In this document: piece after piece, positions 41,101 through 52,079 of the stretch
How the letters are laid out: every line of letters begins with the position of its first letter
Position numbering within the stretch: the stretch's first letter is position 1
Virus record (IMG/VR): IMGVR_UViG_3300010354_000091
Location: 1 to 62,062 of that record
Reading direction: 5' to 3' (one strand)
Length of the DNA: 62,062 nucleotides
Origin: a virus
Taxonomy: Duplodnaviria; Caudoviricetes
Translations under genes and position numbers: made by a program
Notes under the pieces: model-generated
Database searches by the model: none
What the model was told of the DNA's origin: nothing
The model's input: the letters and a program-made list of their open reading frames with translations, nothing else

Positions 41101-44100
41101 CTGCATATAATGTTGATGGTAGAAGATCAGTTGTTCCTATTCCAGTTACTGATGTTGTTGCTATTCCTATCTTTGTTCCGGTTGTAGAATAATCAATTTT
41201 TTCTCCAGAAACAAAGAAATGATTTGGTATACTTATAGTATCTTTTTCAACATCTATGACATCAGTTGATGAACCATCAATTATTTTTCTAAAAATAGAA
41301 GAATCTTTATGTTTCAAATTAAAATCTTTTTTAGTTGATATCTGAGTTCCCTCAAAAGATAAACGAACTATATCCGATCTAATTCTAGCACTTTGAAGAT
41401 TTACTTCTATTGGATCTACTATTGGGGATATTTGAAGTGTTTTCTGGAATGTTCTAACCTCAACATCAATATTTGCATTTGGAGTAAATGTTAGTTGAGT
41501 TTCTCCAGAAGTACTAGCAGCTCCAATAGAACCAAGTTCACCCGACGATCCAATAATAGAATATTGTGCTACTTGTGGTGTATAATCTGATTGGTTAGAT
41601 AAGATAACTTCAGAAAACTGAATTTCACCATTGGTAGTATCAGTAACTTGTACGTAGTAATGAGCTCCATCTGGTGGATTTATTGAAGAAGTGCTAAATC
41701 CAGATATTTTGGTTTCTGTAGGAGAAGTAGAAGATGCAATTGAAACATAATTTGATGAAATTGTTGACTTATATAAATTATAAGTTGCAACACCAGTAAA
41801 TGAAGTATTTCCCATCAATATTGATAATGCCCTAACATGAACATCAATATTTGGATTTGGCGTAAAGGTCACTAAAACATTTCCAGTTGATGTAGAAACA
41901 CCTATTTGTCCAGCTATGCCAGATTCAAATGATGGACCTCTATCTCCAGAATCTATCTCTCCAAAAATTTCATAAAATACCTCGGAACCATTGTTAGCTA
42001 AACTAATTTCACCAAATTGAGATTGGCTATTAGTAGAATCAAAAACTGATAAGAGAATTTTTCCAGAAGAGTAACGATTCGTAGAAATAGAAATAATTGT
42101 ATTTTCTGTTGGTGATGCTGATGAAGATATTTGAACAGCAGTGCTTGCAAAACTAACAACATCACCAAGAGAAGAAGTTCCTATTCCAGTTATAGAATTG
42201 TTAGCAATTTCTGTAACAACGTTGGAAATATTATAACTATTGTATTCATATTTTCTTGGATAGAAAAGAACTTCACCATTGTTTCCAGATCTTCTAAACG
42301 AAAAACGTCCAAGATCATCGACGGTTTCATTTCTTCCATAGGCAGTTAGATATCCATTAGATCCATCATAAGTTACATTTACAATTATTATTTCTTTTTC
42401 ACCAAAATATCTTGTGTCTTTTATTAGAATGCAGAATTGTGCAGAATTATACTTAGTAACATCAAAAGTTCCTACTACACAGTAATTAAAGATACTGGGA
42501 GTATCATCAAACTCTGGTGAAATGTCATCAATTTCCAAAACTCTATTGGAAATAAACTCAGTATAATCCAATAATTTTACATTTGAAAATATAATTTGAT
42601 CCGATGTTAATTTGCCACCGAAAGATTTTACATTTTCCTTGACAAAATCAAAATCTTCATAACAATCAAAGTCTTTTTCATCTATTAAATCAACTAATAC
42701 ATCTACAGTTTCTTCAAGAGCACTTATTTCTAAATTTGATTGAGATTCAACCTGTAAATCTGAGAACTTTTTAAATCCTGCAGTGTGTGTTAGAGAATCT
42801 ACCTTATCACCCCATTTTTCAATAGGAACTTTTGATTTAATTGAATATGAGAAGTTTTGATAATAATCACCGTCTTGAAGAACTTGTAAAAATGTTCCTA
42901 TTTTTCCGGTTTCTTTAGAATAATCTTTTAATTTGTCGGTGGTAGAAGAAACGTTGAAAGATGACTCTGATTCAACTTTAGAAATTACAATACAACTTGT
43001 ATTAGATGCATCACCTTTCAAAATTGCACCGTCAGGAATATTTTCTAAAACTTCATTGATTTTTAGAATCTTAGATGATGGAATCCACTCAACTACTTTT
43101 GCAATATTTTTATTATTATATTTTACGTTTTCTCCAACACCATAAGTTATCTCTCCTGGGAAAAGAGTTGGTTCAAATTTTGGAAGATAACTTTCTGGGA
43201 CAATTCTTCCAAAAGAATTTGATGAGTTTTGAATTGAATTGTCACGAGAGAATTGTCCAGCAAAATCTGTTTCTGATAAAGTATAATTTAGAATCGGAGT
43301 ATTTCCTCCAATTGCGCTTGTTACTCCAGTTAAAGTGAATAATTTATATCCATAATTTTCAGAGTTAAATCCATCACCAATTGTAGATATTCCAATTCCC
43401 TCAACATATATTTTAGATCCAACAGAGAATGGGAAACTACTTGCTGTACTAAATCCTGTTGCCAAATTAACTGTAACTTGTTTTGTAGTTGGGTTGAATT
43501 GAATATTGGTTACTCCAATTCCATTTGTATTGTTTATAGAAACTATTTTAGGAGTAACTCCGTATAATGAATTTGTATTTTTTAGAATAGAAACCTTAGA
43601 TACTCTATTATTTTCTATTTCAGATTCTAATACAACCTCTGATTTAAGTTCATTTGTTGCTCCATCAAGAACTACAAAATTTGGTGGAGACGAATAATTT
43701 TTTCCTCCATATATGAGACCAATATCTTTTATGGAGAATAATTCTTCAACAAATAATCTTGTTGGAAATTCTGAAATTGGTTTTAACGTTGGATCAGTGT
43801 GATATTCAAATCCACCAATTTCAATTGGAGATTTAAGAATTTTTCCAATTGTTTTACTATTTGGTTGTATTACCGCACCACTTCCAGTGTTTGATCTCAC
43901 TGAAGTAATTCCAGGAATAACAGAATATTTGCCACCAAATATTGTTTTTATCCTAGAAATTGATCCTGTTGCAGATGATGAATTTGTGAAGTATTTCAAT
44001 TGAGACTCTGCTTTAGTATATGAATACTTTTCTGGTTCCTCTTTTAAACTGAAAGAAAATGTTGTGCTTCCAATACCAGAAATTACATGAGATGTGTTAT

Positions 44101-47100
44101 ACTTACTTGGATTTATTATAATTGAATTTGCTTCATAAACATCACTATCAACAATTATTTCTTCTTTCTCTTTTGAAAGATATGGTTTTCCAATGAGTGG
44201 TGTTAATTTATAATATAATTTATTAGGAACATTGTTATTGAGAGTAATTGATACACTAGCATCATTTGTTACTCCTATTACACCAGTCTTTTTAACTTCA
44301 AAATCTTGAGTTTTTAAAGTTGTTAAGAATTTTGTTGCAAAAGTAGAGTCTGTATAAAAATCAAAATCAAATGCTTTAACTAGAGATCCACCATCAATGT
44401 CTGCTAAAGAGGAATCTGACAAATCAAAATTAATTACATTTCCCCTAGTTGCTTTAATTTGAGGATTTACTTTTGAAAACTCATGGAAAACACCTGTGGA
44501 TGCTATACTTACATATGTGGGTTTATCAATTTGAGTTTGATAATATGAATTGGTCAACTTAAACTTATCATCATTTACTTTTACAATATAATAAATTTTT
44601 TCTGGTGTTAGTCCAAAAGCTGGATTGGATGAAGAGTATATAACTTTATCTCCCGTCTTTAATCCATGTGACTCTAAAGTTATTGTACTTGTAACTGTGT
44701 TAATTCCAATAGAAGAAACTCCCACAGGATCAATTACCAATCTTCTATTATATGGGTTATATTTAACAGTAACTGTTGTGCTAATTCCAGGAGAAATTTC
44801 TAACCTTATGGTATCATTTTCTTCTAGATTATGATTTTGGTCACAATTTACAGTGGTAGTTATTTTTTTAACTTGGGCAGTTAATTCTACCTCTTGAGTT
44901 TTAAAACTATGAATAGATCCTGATCCGATGGAAGAGAAATACAATAGATTTGCAGTTTCCCCTATTCCAACAAAACCGCCAGTAGACCCAAGACCAACCT
45001 TTGTTGTTGATATTCCAATTAAATCTTTGGTGAACTTTGCGACATATACTGAAGAACCATTTTCTAAAGTGGTGCTTCCTGCTCCAGTAGAAACTGAAAT
45101 TGATGTTCCTCCTCCATTACTATAAATTAATCTCTGTCCAGTTAAAAGATTATGATTTGGAAGATAAATTGATTGAAGTGGAATATATTGATTAATGAAA
45201 GTTGACCCATAAGAAATAGAAATCGTAGTTCCAAGACCAACAGTAACTACAGCAGGAACTCCTATAGCGACAGACTCTTTAGGGTTAAAATATAATGTTT
45301 TTTGAATATTAGTAAAGGAGTCTGTAGAGAAACCGGAGTTATACGTAAATCTTCTTGGATTTTCTACTACAACTGTTCCTACAGAATATGCATATCCGAC
45401 AGTTCCATCATGTCCTCTCTTAACATTTACTCTACCAAAAATGGGATCTACGCCAGTTACTAAGAGTTTTTCTGTTCCAACTCCAGTTTTTGTGATGCTT
45501 AAAACATCATTTGGTTGAAGTGTAGACGGATCTGTAAATTTGTAGAATTGTAAGAATGTAGAAATTCCAGTGGATCCAATTGTCCCTAATCCAACAGACA
45601 AGACAAAATTATTGCCTTTAACATTAATTTCATTAAATCCACCCAACTTAGAAAACTGTTCTGAAGATATTCCAATTATATTAACAAAGTCAAGGTTCTT
45701 TAATCCATGAGGAACAGTAGAAACACCTTGTATTAATCCAGAAGTTGTTAATATCTCAAGAGAAACATTGTTTAAAAGTGTCTTTTGTGAATCAATACTT
45801 GATATTCTAGATTCAAATATTTCTGATACCTGTGCGCTGGCATCATTTTCATCTGGATTAATAGAACTGAAAATAATAGAATCTCCAATTTTATAATTTA
45901 ATCCAGGAAAATCTATTGAAAAACCATCTACAGATCCTCTTTGTATAGAAGAAATTCTAGAAGATCTGTTTACAGTTTTATTTGGTTGAGTAATTCCCCT
46001 ATAGTCACTGTTTGAGAGATTAAGTTTGTATGGATACGTATTTCTTATATAATTGTCTTGTGTAAAATCAACATCGTTTTGATTTGAAGATGGTAATGAA
46101 TTATAATTAAGTAATTTTGATTTGAACTTATTTCCTATTAAGTATGGGAATTTGGGTCTTCTATAATTTAAATAAGAAGAATCATATCCATTTTCTGAGG
46201 TTTCTATGGAAGCAAAATATGCATAAGTTCCATTTGGAAATTCTGGTGTTTTGCAGAATCTTCCATTATGCTCATCCAAATCACCATTATTTGTAAACTT
46301 ATAATCTTCTACAAAAAATCCAGATTCAAATCCTGGTGGACGATCACTTTCTAAAACTTGCTCATAACCAGATCTCTGTGGTCTTATTGTGCCCCCAACT
46401 TCTCTTTCATATCCATATGGTCCATAAATGGGATTTCCATCATATGCCCATCCAATTATGGGAGAATGGTTTGTTGAAATTTTTTCATTTGTATCATAAA
46501 TCAAATCATAATCATTATAGTTATTTGTTCCATCGGTATTTTTTGATGGCAAATTCAACCTCAAATTTCTTGGTGCAAATAAACAAGTATATTGCAAATT
46601 ACTTGAAATTCCGGAAGTTATAAATCCATCATCATTTTTTGAGAACGTATTCTTATATTTTTCTGCAATATTTACTGTCCACTTTTTAATATTGGACTTG
46701 AATTTTGCATCAGAACCACTGGATTTTACTTCTATTTCACTTTTACCTGTAGTGAACCCAACTCCACCATTTTCAATTTTAAATGACTTAATAACACCAT
46801 TTTCGATAATTGGTGCGGCTTTTAAATAAGATCCATCTCCAACTATTTCTAAGTTTGGTGAAGAGTTATAACCACTTCCACCACTAATCACCAGAATACT
46901 AGAAACGGATGATCCTTTTATGATTGGTTTTACAATAGCGCCACTTCCAGATTTTAGTTCTATATTTGGTTGTCTATCAAATCCAATAATGTCAGTAGAT
47001 CCATAACCACTTCCATTTGACGTTAATTGTATTGAAGTGATTTCACCTCTAAAAACTGGATTTACTATTGCATTATAATTTTGAGATAAAGTAAATCCTA

Positions 47101-50100
47101 CCCCAATATTTCCTACGACAGAGACTGTTATCTGTGGATAGTTGAATATATGGTTTCCAAAACCTTTGGATGTAAAAACAGCATATTGATTGGTTTCATA
47201 GTTTGTTGTTGATGGATATGTTCCTATTCCAGCAGACGCCAATCTAAAATTGTTGTCATCTATTTTAATTACATAATATTTTTCTGATGTGCTTAGTCCA
47301 GAAATAGTTGTTCCATCGCAAGAATAAGTTATTAACTCACCAGAATTATAACCGTGATTTGGAATATTGATATAACTACTTGAAGTAATAATTCCGGAAG
47401 TATTTGCTATTTTCTTTTTATTTTCATATCCACTTCCTTCAGAAATCACATTAATGTGTGATATTATATTTTTCTTCTTGGTAGCTCTAAATCTTTGAGT
47501 TCCACTTCCACCTTCAATCAGATTAATTGGATTTAGTGAGTTTAAAGAATCTTTTTCATTATTGTGAATTTTAATTCTCTTTTGATCAACAACAGATACA
47601 AAATAAGAAGAGTTATCTTGCAAATATGTTTTTGTAGTAGTATCACCAGACGTTGATCCTATACCAATTTTTTGACCGTTGAATGAATCATATACAATTT
47701 CTTCCCCATTATTAAATTTGTGGTCAGTGTTAAAACCAATAATGTTATCAGTAAAGTTGAGGTATAGTCCCCCACCAGTGGATATTCCAGCAGCGTTAAA
47801 ATATAATTCATGATCAACTTCACGAAGTTTTGCAACTGCAGATGCACCTGATCCATTTCCACCACTAATTACTATTTTTGGAACATCAACATATCCAAAT
47901 CCAGAATCTAATATCTCTATTCTTTTTAGAGATCCAGAAACTGAACAATTTCCAGTAGCTCCTATTCCAAAGGAATCTGTTATTTCTAAGACAGGTGGAT
48001 TTATAACATCATAATCAGTTCCACCATTAAGAACATCTATAGAATTGATTGGTCCATAATGGACAACTTCATTTGATTTATAGTTGAGAATTTCAACTCC
48101 ATTTGCCAGAATTCCTATTCTCTTTCCAGGAGGAGTTTCCGTTGAAGTTTCTAAAGTGCTTCTAGAAACTTCTATCTTTCTTACTAGTTTTTGAGAATCT
48201 AAAATCTTACCATAATTTTCTGAAGGAACTAAAGTAAAGGATTGTGAATTGGAATCGGAATTATAAAAACTATAGAATATATCATTAGTAATATTTGATG
48301 CACTCAATGCCAATTTGATTGTATCATTGTCAATTCTTTTAACTACGAAATATTTTTTATTTTCTTTTGAAAATGCTTCGGAGTTTGAAATAAAAACTAC
48401 CTTGTCTCCACTATAAAAGTTATGATTTTGAATTGTTATTTCAGTTATAGCAGTGAGACCAGAAACTGAGACTGATTTGGATCTATTATCCGATTGTATT
48501 TCATATGATGGGATTGATGGAGAAGTAACAACTAGTGACCCATTTAAATCATAAACGTCCTGAACATTTGTCGTATAAGTTCTTTCTGAATTATTAAAGG
48601 TGTTAATAATTCTTCTTATTGCATATTCATTTGAAAATTCACTTAGATTATTTTGATCTATGTTTGCAGAAACTCTTATTTTTTTATCTGTTAATATTTT
48701 TTCTACTTTTCCTAATATTGTTGAATTGTCATTCTTATTGACAAATTCTATCTGATCATTTTTGTTTAGTTGATGATCGTCATAGGTTGAAATTTCAAAA
48801 TAAGGATTTGTATATCTTATGTTTTCAATATTAAATGATGTTGAAGTATTAAAAATCCAACTATTAAACAATGCATCACTTTTTTCTTTTATAAGTCCAA
48901 TACTCTTTACGTTTACTGGATCACCAACACTATAGTAATAATTATTTTCATGTTCTAAATTGAGATTCTCAATAACTCCTGTCACACGAACATTTATTTT
49001 TTGATTATTTTCATCAAATCCATATGTTTCATAATTAGATGCTACAACATCATCACCAATTGATTCGGTAGTGATCCCAATACAATCTAAAAATTGGTTA
49101 TTAGTTTTGCTACCATAGGATATGGTATTCCCATTAATTAATAGAGATCCTTTTTCTTCAAATCCTATTGTAGAATCTACAATGAGTGAATTTTGTAACT
49201 TTGAAACGATTTTAGTTTTTGGATGCGATTTAATATTGCCAAAAATTGTTCCAAAAACTTTAATATCTCTATCATATCCAAAATCTACATCAAGTGAGTA
49301 GTATGGTTCATTTTCATAATAGATAAGTTCTACGTCAGAAATTGATCCATATGAAGTTATAGTTTCAGACTCTGTTTTTATCTCTTGAAAAAGAGTTCCA
49401 CCAGATAATTTTAAAGGATCTCCACTTATTGGTTTTACGATAATTGTTTTTACAGGTCTATAGTCATTATCAGAGGGTTTAAACAAATAATCTTGTGGTT
49501 TTATTGTTTCACTGTTTTCATTGAGTAGACTCTTAAATAAAATCTTATTTGATGTAGGAGTTCCCTTAGAAGAATAAAAATCTTTTGATTGGATTAAGAA
49601 GTTTTGGGAATTTATATTTGAGTATAAATCAAAATCTTCAAATCCTGGAAGATATTGTGCCTTTAGTTTTTTGAAAAACTCTTTTAAGAATAAAGTACTT
49701 AAATTTTCTACCGTTGATCCAGAGGAATGTATATCAATTTCTGAAGATTCGTAACTAACCTGTTTACCAGCAATATTATAAGTTGTAATTCCACTAAACC
49801 CTCTTATGCACCCATTAAAACTTGTACTCCCCAAGGAAGTATAAGTAATAATTTCATCATTTATTTTTAGGAGACCATATCTATCTGGCCATCCATTAGT
49901 ACTATTAACATAAATTGTAGAATCACCATAATCTACATCTTGAGAAACTCTAGTATTGCTTTCTCCAATAATTTCCGATGTATATGTTCCTACTTTCAAT
50001 AATTGATCAATATTTTGAACTATACTCAGTGGTGCTGAGAAATGTTCTTGAGATTCGTAGTATTGTTTTAAAAATGGTCCAAAAAGTGGATACTCTTCTT

Positions 50101-50161
50101 GGAAGTAAAGGGGAACTTGACCTTCTACAAGGTTTTTGGCAGAAATTCTAGTTTCAATCAT
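38156..50161 (-). CDS. g7: Giant baseplate wedge initiator
   Basis: 4001 aa between g6 and g8; FLKQYY, KDFYSSKGT, DGDYYQNFSYSIKS and HTAGFK motifs; HSPIIGWAYDGNPIYGPYG...LDEHNGRF (YHYH-like) module; many GSGY repeats. Confidence 0.85.
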   Translation of the reverse strand: MIETRISAKNLVEGQVPLYFQEEYPLFGPFLKQYYESQEHFSAPLSIVQNIDQLLKVGTYTSEIIGESNTRVSQDVDYGDSTIYVNSTNGWPDRYGLLKINDEIITYTSLGSTSFNGCIRGFSGITTYNIAGKQVSYESSEIDIHSSGSTVENLSTLFLKEFFKKLKAQYLPGFEDFDLYSNINSQNFLIQSKDFYSSKGTPTSNKILFKSLLNENSETIKPQDYLFKPSDNDYRPVKTIIVKPISGDPLKLSGGTLFQEIKTESETITSYGSISDVELIYYENEPYYSLDVDFGYDRDIKVFGTIFGNIKSHPKTKIVSKLQNSLIVDSTIGFEEKGSLLINGNTISYGSKTNNQFLDCIGITTESIGDDVVASNYETYGFDENNQKINVRVTGVIENLNLEHENNYYYSVGDPVNVKSIGLIKEKSDALFNSWIFNTSTSFNIENIRYTNPYFEISTYDDHQLNKNDQIEFVNKNDNSTILGKVEKILTDKKIRVSANIDQNNLSEFSNEYAIRRIINTFNNSERTYTTNVQDVYDLNGSLVVTSPSIPSYEIQSDNRSKSVSVSGLTAITEITIQNHNFYSGDKVVFISNSEAFSKENKKYFVVKRIDNDTIKLALSASNITNDIFYSFYNSDSNSQSFTLVPSENYGKILDSQKLVRKIEVSRSTLETSTETPPGKRIGILANGVEILNYKSNEVVHYGPINSIDVLNGGTDYDVINPPVLEITDSFGIGATGNCSVSGSLKRIEILDSGFGYVDVPKIVISGGNGSGASAVAKLREVDHELYFNAAGISTGGGLYLNFTDNIIGFNTDHKFNNGEEIVYDSFNGQKIGIGSTSGDTTTKTYLQDNSSYFVSVVDQKRIKIHNNEKDSLNSLNPINLIEGGSGTQRFRATKKKNIISHINVISEGSGYENKKKIANTSGIITSSSYINIPNHGYNSGELITYSCDGTTISGLSTSEKYYVIKIDDNNFRLASAGIGTYPSTTNYETNQYAVFTSKGFGNHIFNYPQITVSVVGNIGVGFTLSQNYNAIVNPVFRGEITSIQLTSNGSGYGSTDIIGFDRQPNIELKSGSGAIVKPIIKGSSVSSILVISGGSGYNSSPNLEIVGDGSYLKAAPIIENGVIKSFKIENGGVGFTTGKSEIEVKSSGSDAKFKSNIKKWTVNIAEKYKNTFSKNDDGFITSGISSNLQYTCLFAPRNLRLNLPSKNTDGTNNYNDYDLIYDTNEKISTNHSPIIGWAYDGNPIYGPYGYEREVGGTIRPQRSGYEQVLESDRPPGFESGFFVEDYKFTNNGDLDEHNGRFCKTPEFPNGTYAYFASIETSENGYDSSYLNYRRPKFPYLIGNKFKSKLLNYNSLPSSNQNDVDFTQDNYIRNTYPYKLNLSNSDYRGITQPNKTVNRSSRISSIQRGSVDGFSIDFPGLNYKIGDSIIFSSINPDENDASAQVSEIFESRISSIDSQKTLLNNVSLEILTTSGLIQGVSTVPHGLKNLDFVNIIGISSEQFSKLGGFNEINVKGNNFVLSVGLGTIGSTGISTFLQFYKFTDPSTLQPNDVLSITKTGVGTEKLLVTGVDPIFGRVNVKRGHDGTVGYAYSVGTVVVENPRRFTYNSGFSTDSFTNIQKTLYFNPKESVAIGVPAVVTVGLGTTISISYGSTFINQYIPLQSIYLPNHNLLTGQRLIYSNGGGTSISVSTGAGSTTLENGSSVYVAKFTKDLIGISTTKVGLGSTGGFVGIGETANLLYFSSIGSGSIHSFKTQEVELTAQVKKITTTVNCDQNHNLEENDTIRLEISPGISTTVTVKYNPYNRRLVIDPVGVSSIGINTVTSTITLESHGLKTGDKVIYSSSNPAFGLTPEKIYYIVKVNDDKFKLTNSYYQTQIDKPTYVSIASTGVFHEFSKVNPQIKATRGNVINFDLSDSSLADIDGGSLVKAFDFDFYTDSTFATKFLTTLKTQDFEVKKTGVIGVTNDASVSITLNNNVPNKLYYKLTPLIGKPYLSKEKEEIIVDSDVYEANSIIINPSKYNTSHVISGIGSTTFSFSLKEEPEKYSYTKAESQLKYFTNSSSATGSISRIKTIFGGKYSVIPGITSVRSNTGSGAVIQPNSKTIGKILKSPIEIGGFEYHTDPTLKPISEFPTRLFVEELFSIKDIGLIYGGKNYSSPPNFVVLDGATNELKSEVVLESEIENNRVSKVSILKNTNSLYGVTPKIVSINNTNGIGVTNIQFNPTTKQVTVNLATGFSTASSFPFSVGSKIYVEGIGISTIGDGFNSENYGYKLFTLTGVTSAIGGNTPILNYTLSETDFAGQFSRDNSIQNSSNSFGRIVPESYLPKFEPTLFPGEITYGVGENVKYNNKNIAKVVEWIPSSKILKINEVLENIPDGAILKGDASNTSCIVISKVESESSFNVSSTTDKLKDYSKETGKIGTFLQVLQDGDYYQNFSYSIKSKVPIEKWGDKVDSLTHTAGFKKFSDLQVESQSNLEISALEETVDVLVDLIDEKDFDCYEDFDFVKENVKSFGGKLTSDQIIFSNVKLLDYTEFISNRVLEIDDISPEFDDTPSIFNYCVVGTFDVTKYNSAQFCILIKDTRYFGEKEIIIVNVTYDGSNGYLTAYGRNETVDDLGRFSFRRSGNNGEVLFYPRKYEYNSYNISNVVTEIANNSITGIGTSSLGDVVSFASTAVQISSSASPTENTIISISTNRYSSGKILLSVFDSTNSQSQFGEISLANNGSEVFYEIFGEIDSGDRGPSFESGIAGQIGVSTSTGNVLVTFTPNPNIDVHVRALSILMGNTSFTGVATYNLYKSTISSNYVSIASSTSPTETKISGFSTSSINPPDGAHYYVQVTDTTNGEIQFSEVILSNQSDYTPQVAQYSIIGSSGELGSIGAASTSGETQLTFTPNANIDVEVRTFQKTLQISPIVDPIEVNLQSARIRSDIVRLSFEGTQISTKKDFNLKHKDSSIFRKIIDGSSTDVIDVEKDTISIPNHFFVSGEKIDYSTTGTKIGIATTSVTGIGTTDLLPSTLYAVKIDDNLVKFAETAEKALASNPVVFDIQTVGVGQSHIFSSNYKSNSKAIISIDNVIQNPVVSTARTTSLLQDIEAINSFSLLTFENTDGFYAKDLIKINDEFLIITDVGLGGTNKVYCRREQLGTLSTPHLSGAVITRYEGNYNILNDTIYFVESPHGEELNSESRSSFQGRVFLRSAPVGSSNTAYYENQIFDDISNQFNGTDSTFTLKSNGQNVTGIVSTNSVSAGILLINNIFQKPKYPATGIAQTYTYEVVENSGISSVIFSGNPVGLTTNGIIGPMKYDINSAGIPRGGIIVSVGSTQGYGFQPLVAAGGTANVSIAGTIQSVSIGNSGSGYRPGIQTSITVSVATSTGKIAIGTASAVNGHIVSISVTNVGSGYTTTNPPTIIIDSPLNYENIPLIYSPSNVGVGTEATIDIQVGYGNSVIEFNLSNSGYGYSVGDKITFNIGGNAGIPTDPSISFRPFELTVSEVFNDKFNSWYPGQFVVLDDFNGEFDGSKKLFTLKENGVISSFVTGEGSPLELEQNLLVFINDILQIPNESYIFNGGTKIEFLEAPKQGDNVKVLFFKGSDADVKSVEISPTVKEGDRLTITDRFRKGRYSEKTRVVSEINSVDSVFTSSYFGPGITSESSIVRTVEWCKQREDLYLDEILISKSRKDLNSNIFPNTTIISPVGVASTSIFVQNVRPLFNYYPEILPQGKQSVKIISQEQKLGAIATAVVSVAGSISQINILNGGLGFSTAPIVSISSPSIGTTAVATCSIGFGTVSSVIVSNGGLGYTSTNPPQILIEQEPVKFDILTDVNYEGDHGIITGIGTTSISGVSTGIYFDFYFPKNSIFRNASLVGSSSSISGIQTGYYFVVYESTVGNGLTSLNSNGNILGIGTTFIDNVYQSFDVKNVQSNALGYGSTTDIVRVTTSVTSYNNISGIGSQFIGMFSWGRIYNFNRASSDNEYGVDLSNGLSGITTSALIVRTTPIRSLYTS

Positions 50162-50162
50162 A

Positions 50163-52079
50163 TTATCTACTTATTGAACCGTTTGAAAAACTTGAAGTTT
50201 TTATATAGGAATATCCAGAGGTGTCTGAACCAGATGAAATTGTATCTGGTATCATTTGAACGTTAATATAGTTTTGATCTATTTGTAAAAATAGATCTTG
50301 CAATCCGATCACATCATTTGACTCCGGAATTGCTTCAATTTGTATAATATTTTCTGGAGATTTTATGTCAGTATCTACTATATTTAATACATTTAAAATT
50401 ATCTCTCCTTTCTGATAATCGACTACACCTGCATTATTTTTGACGATTTGATAATCATTGTCTGAGGTCTTTCTGAAAATGAATATTGTTCCTTTATCTC
50501 CAGAAGTTGATGGAAAATCAGAAAGATAAACTGTTCCAGAAATTCCACTCACTTTAAATCCAGAAGACTTAATATTAAATGGTGTTAAATTACCAGTCTT
50601 ATCATACTTTAGATGGAATTGATTTCCAAAACATATTTCATAGTCCGCAAATGCATTAAGAGATGCTCTAAGATCTCTTCTCATTTTAATACTTGTTATA
50701 TTTGATGTAATACCATTATCAACATCATCAATAACCTTTAATAGTTTACTATATCTAAACTTACTTCCAAATCTATTAAGATCCGACGATCTGGATAATG
50801 AGTTTATAGTAGAGATAATTTTTGTTTTTAAATCACTTGGTGACTTCACCGTATTTGGATTATAATAAACTGAACTGTTTATTTCAATGAACAAATATTT
50901 TATATCCACAACTTCTGCAGAGATGCCAGCTACGGAGTATTTCTTTAGATCATTAACTATTTTTCTTTTTGTTATATCGGAAATATAATTATAGTTTCTT
51001 GGTTTTATACTAATAAAGACTTTTCCATATTGTGGTGGATTTAGATCTTCACCACCAAATGCAGTTACTGCTTCTGCTTCAGGAAATACTTGAGGAACTA
51101 TTGCTTCATAATCACCTGAAGTCACTGCTCTGTTTTGTGAAGCAAACAACCTAGGTGCATAGTTGCGAATTGAAGAGGCACTTTCAATATCATCACCACC
51201 CTCTGATATGGATACCGTTGATAAATTGGATATACCTAAAGAAACTGTTACTCCATTATTATCTACAATTTTTCCTGAGAAAGAAAACTGACTAATACCA
51301 TTAGCAACCTTTCCACTTGTAACGATATATGAAACTGTAACTATATTTCCATTTTCTAATTTTTTACCGAAAATTCCATCACCAAACAAAAGTTCATATC
51401 TTTGATCTTCTATTTCTTGTATTAGGAATACTTTACTATCTTTGTCTATATTTGCAATATTATCAATTAAACTATAATTTACTGGATTCTGATCTGAAAT
51501 TCCAGTAGATACTGAAACTCTAATTGTTGAGGTGTCAATATTTGAATTATTCAGAATAAATCTTTGATTATATTGTGATGTATTAACATTAAATGTTTGA
51601 GTGATTAAAGATCCCTCATACATCACAACTCCATCAAAAGATGCAAGATTGTTTGTAACTGGAACAATAACATCTTCTGGAATACAAAAAGAATAACTTT
51701 CTCCACCAAAAGAATTTGATACTGCACATACTCCTCTTTTTAAGGTTAATGTCAAAGGTGGAATACTTTGAGGAGTAGTATCAACAAGGAAAGAAACAGA
51801 TGCTCTAGAAGATCTTATTGACCTGGGAACGTAACCAATATTTCTTGCTAACGAAACAATATTTTCTCTTAGAGTAGCACTATCAATAAAAACTTCATTT
51901 GCAATCATATTTGCATTGAATGAAGTTAGGTATCCATTATAAGCTAGGATATCAATCAGGGTTGATAAGTTAGATCCTTCAAAATCAAAATCAGTAAAAT
52001 TTGAGTTTGCCCTCAAATAATTTTTAATGGTTGCTTTAATCTGATCAAAATCTAGACTAGAAAAATTAATTTGAGGCAT
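50163..52079 (-). CDS. g6: Baseplate wedge subunit
   Basis: LDFDQIK, FTDFDFEGS, LFGDGIFG, QNRAVT and YGKVFISIKP motifs. Confidence 0.95.
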   Translation of the reverse strand: MPQINFSSLDFDQIKATIKNYLRANSNFTDFDFEGSNLSTLIDILAYNGYLTSFNANMIANEVFIDSATLRENIVSLARNIGYVPRSIRSSRASVSFLVDTTPQSIPPLTLTLKRGVCAVSNSFGGESYSFCIPEDVIVPVTNNLASFDGVVMYEGSLITQTFNVNTSQYNQRFILNNSNIDTSTIRVSVSTGISDQNPVNYSLIDNIANIDKDSKVFLIQEIEDQRYELLFGDGIFGKKLENGNIVTVSYIVTSGKVANGISQFSFSGKIVDNNGVTVSLGISNLSTVSISEGGDDIESASSIRNYAPRLFASQNRAVTSGDYEAIVPQVFPEAEAVTAFGGEDLNPPQYGKVFISIKPRNYNYISDITKRKIVNDLKKYSVAGISAEVVDIKYLFIEINSSVYYNPNTVKSPSDLKTKIISTINSLSRSSDLNRFGSKFRYSKLLKVIDDVDNGITSNITSIKMRRDLRASLNAFADYEICFGNQFHLKYDKTGNLTPFNIKSSGFKVSGISGTVYLSDFPSTSGDKGTIFIFRKTSDNDYQIVKNNAGVVDYQKGEIILNVLNIVDTDIKSPENIIQIEAIPESNDVIGLQDLFLQIDQNYINVQMIPDTISSGSDTSGYSYIKTSSFSNGSISR

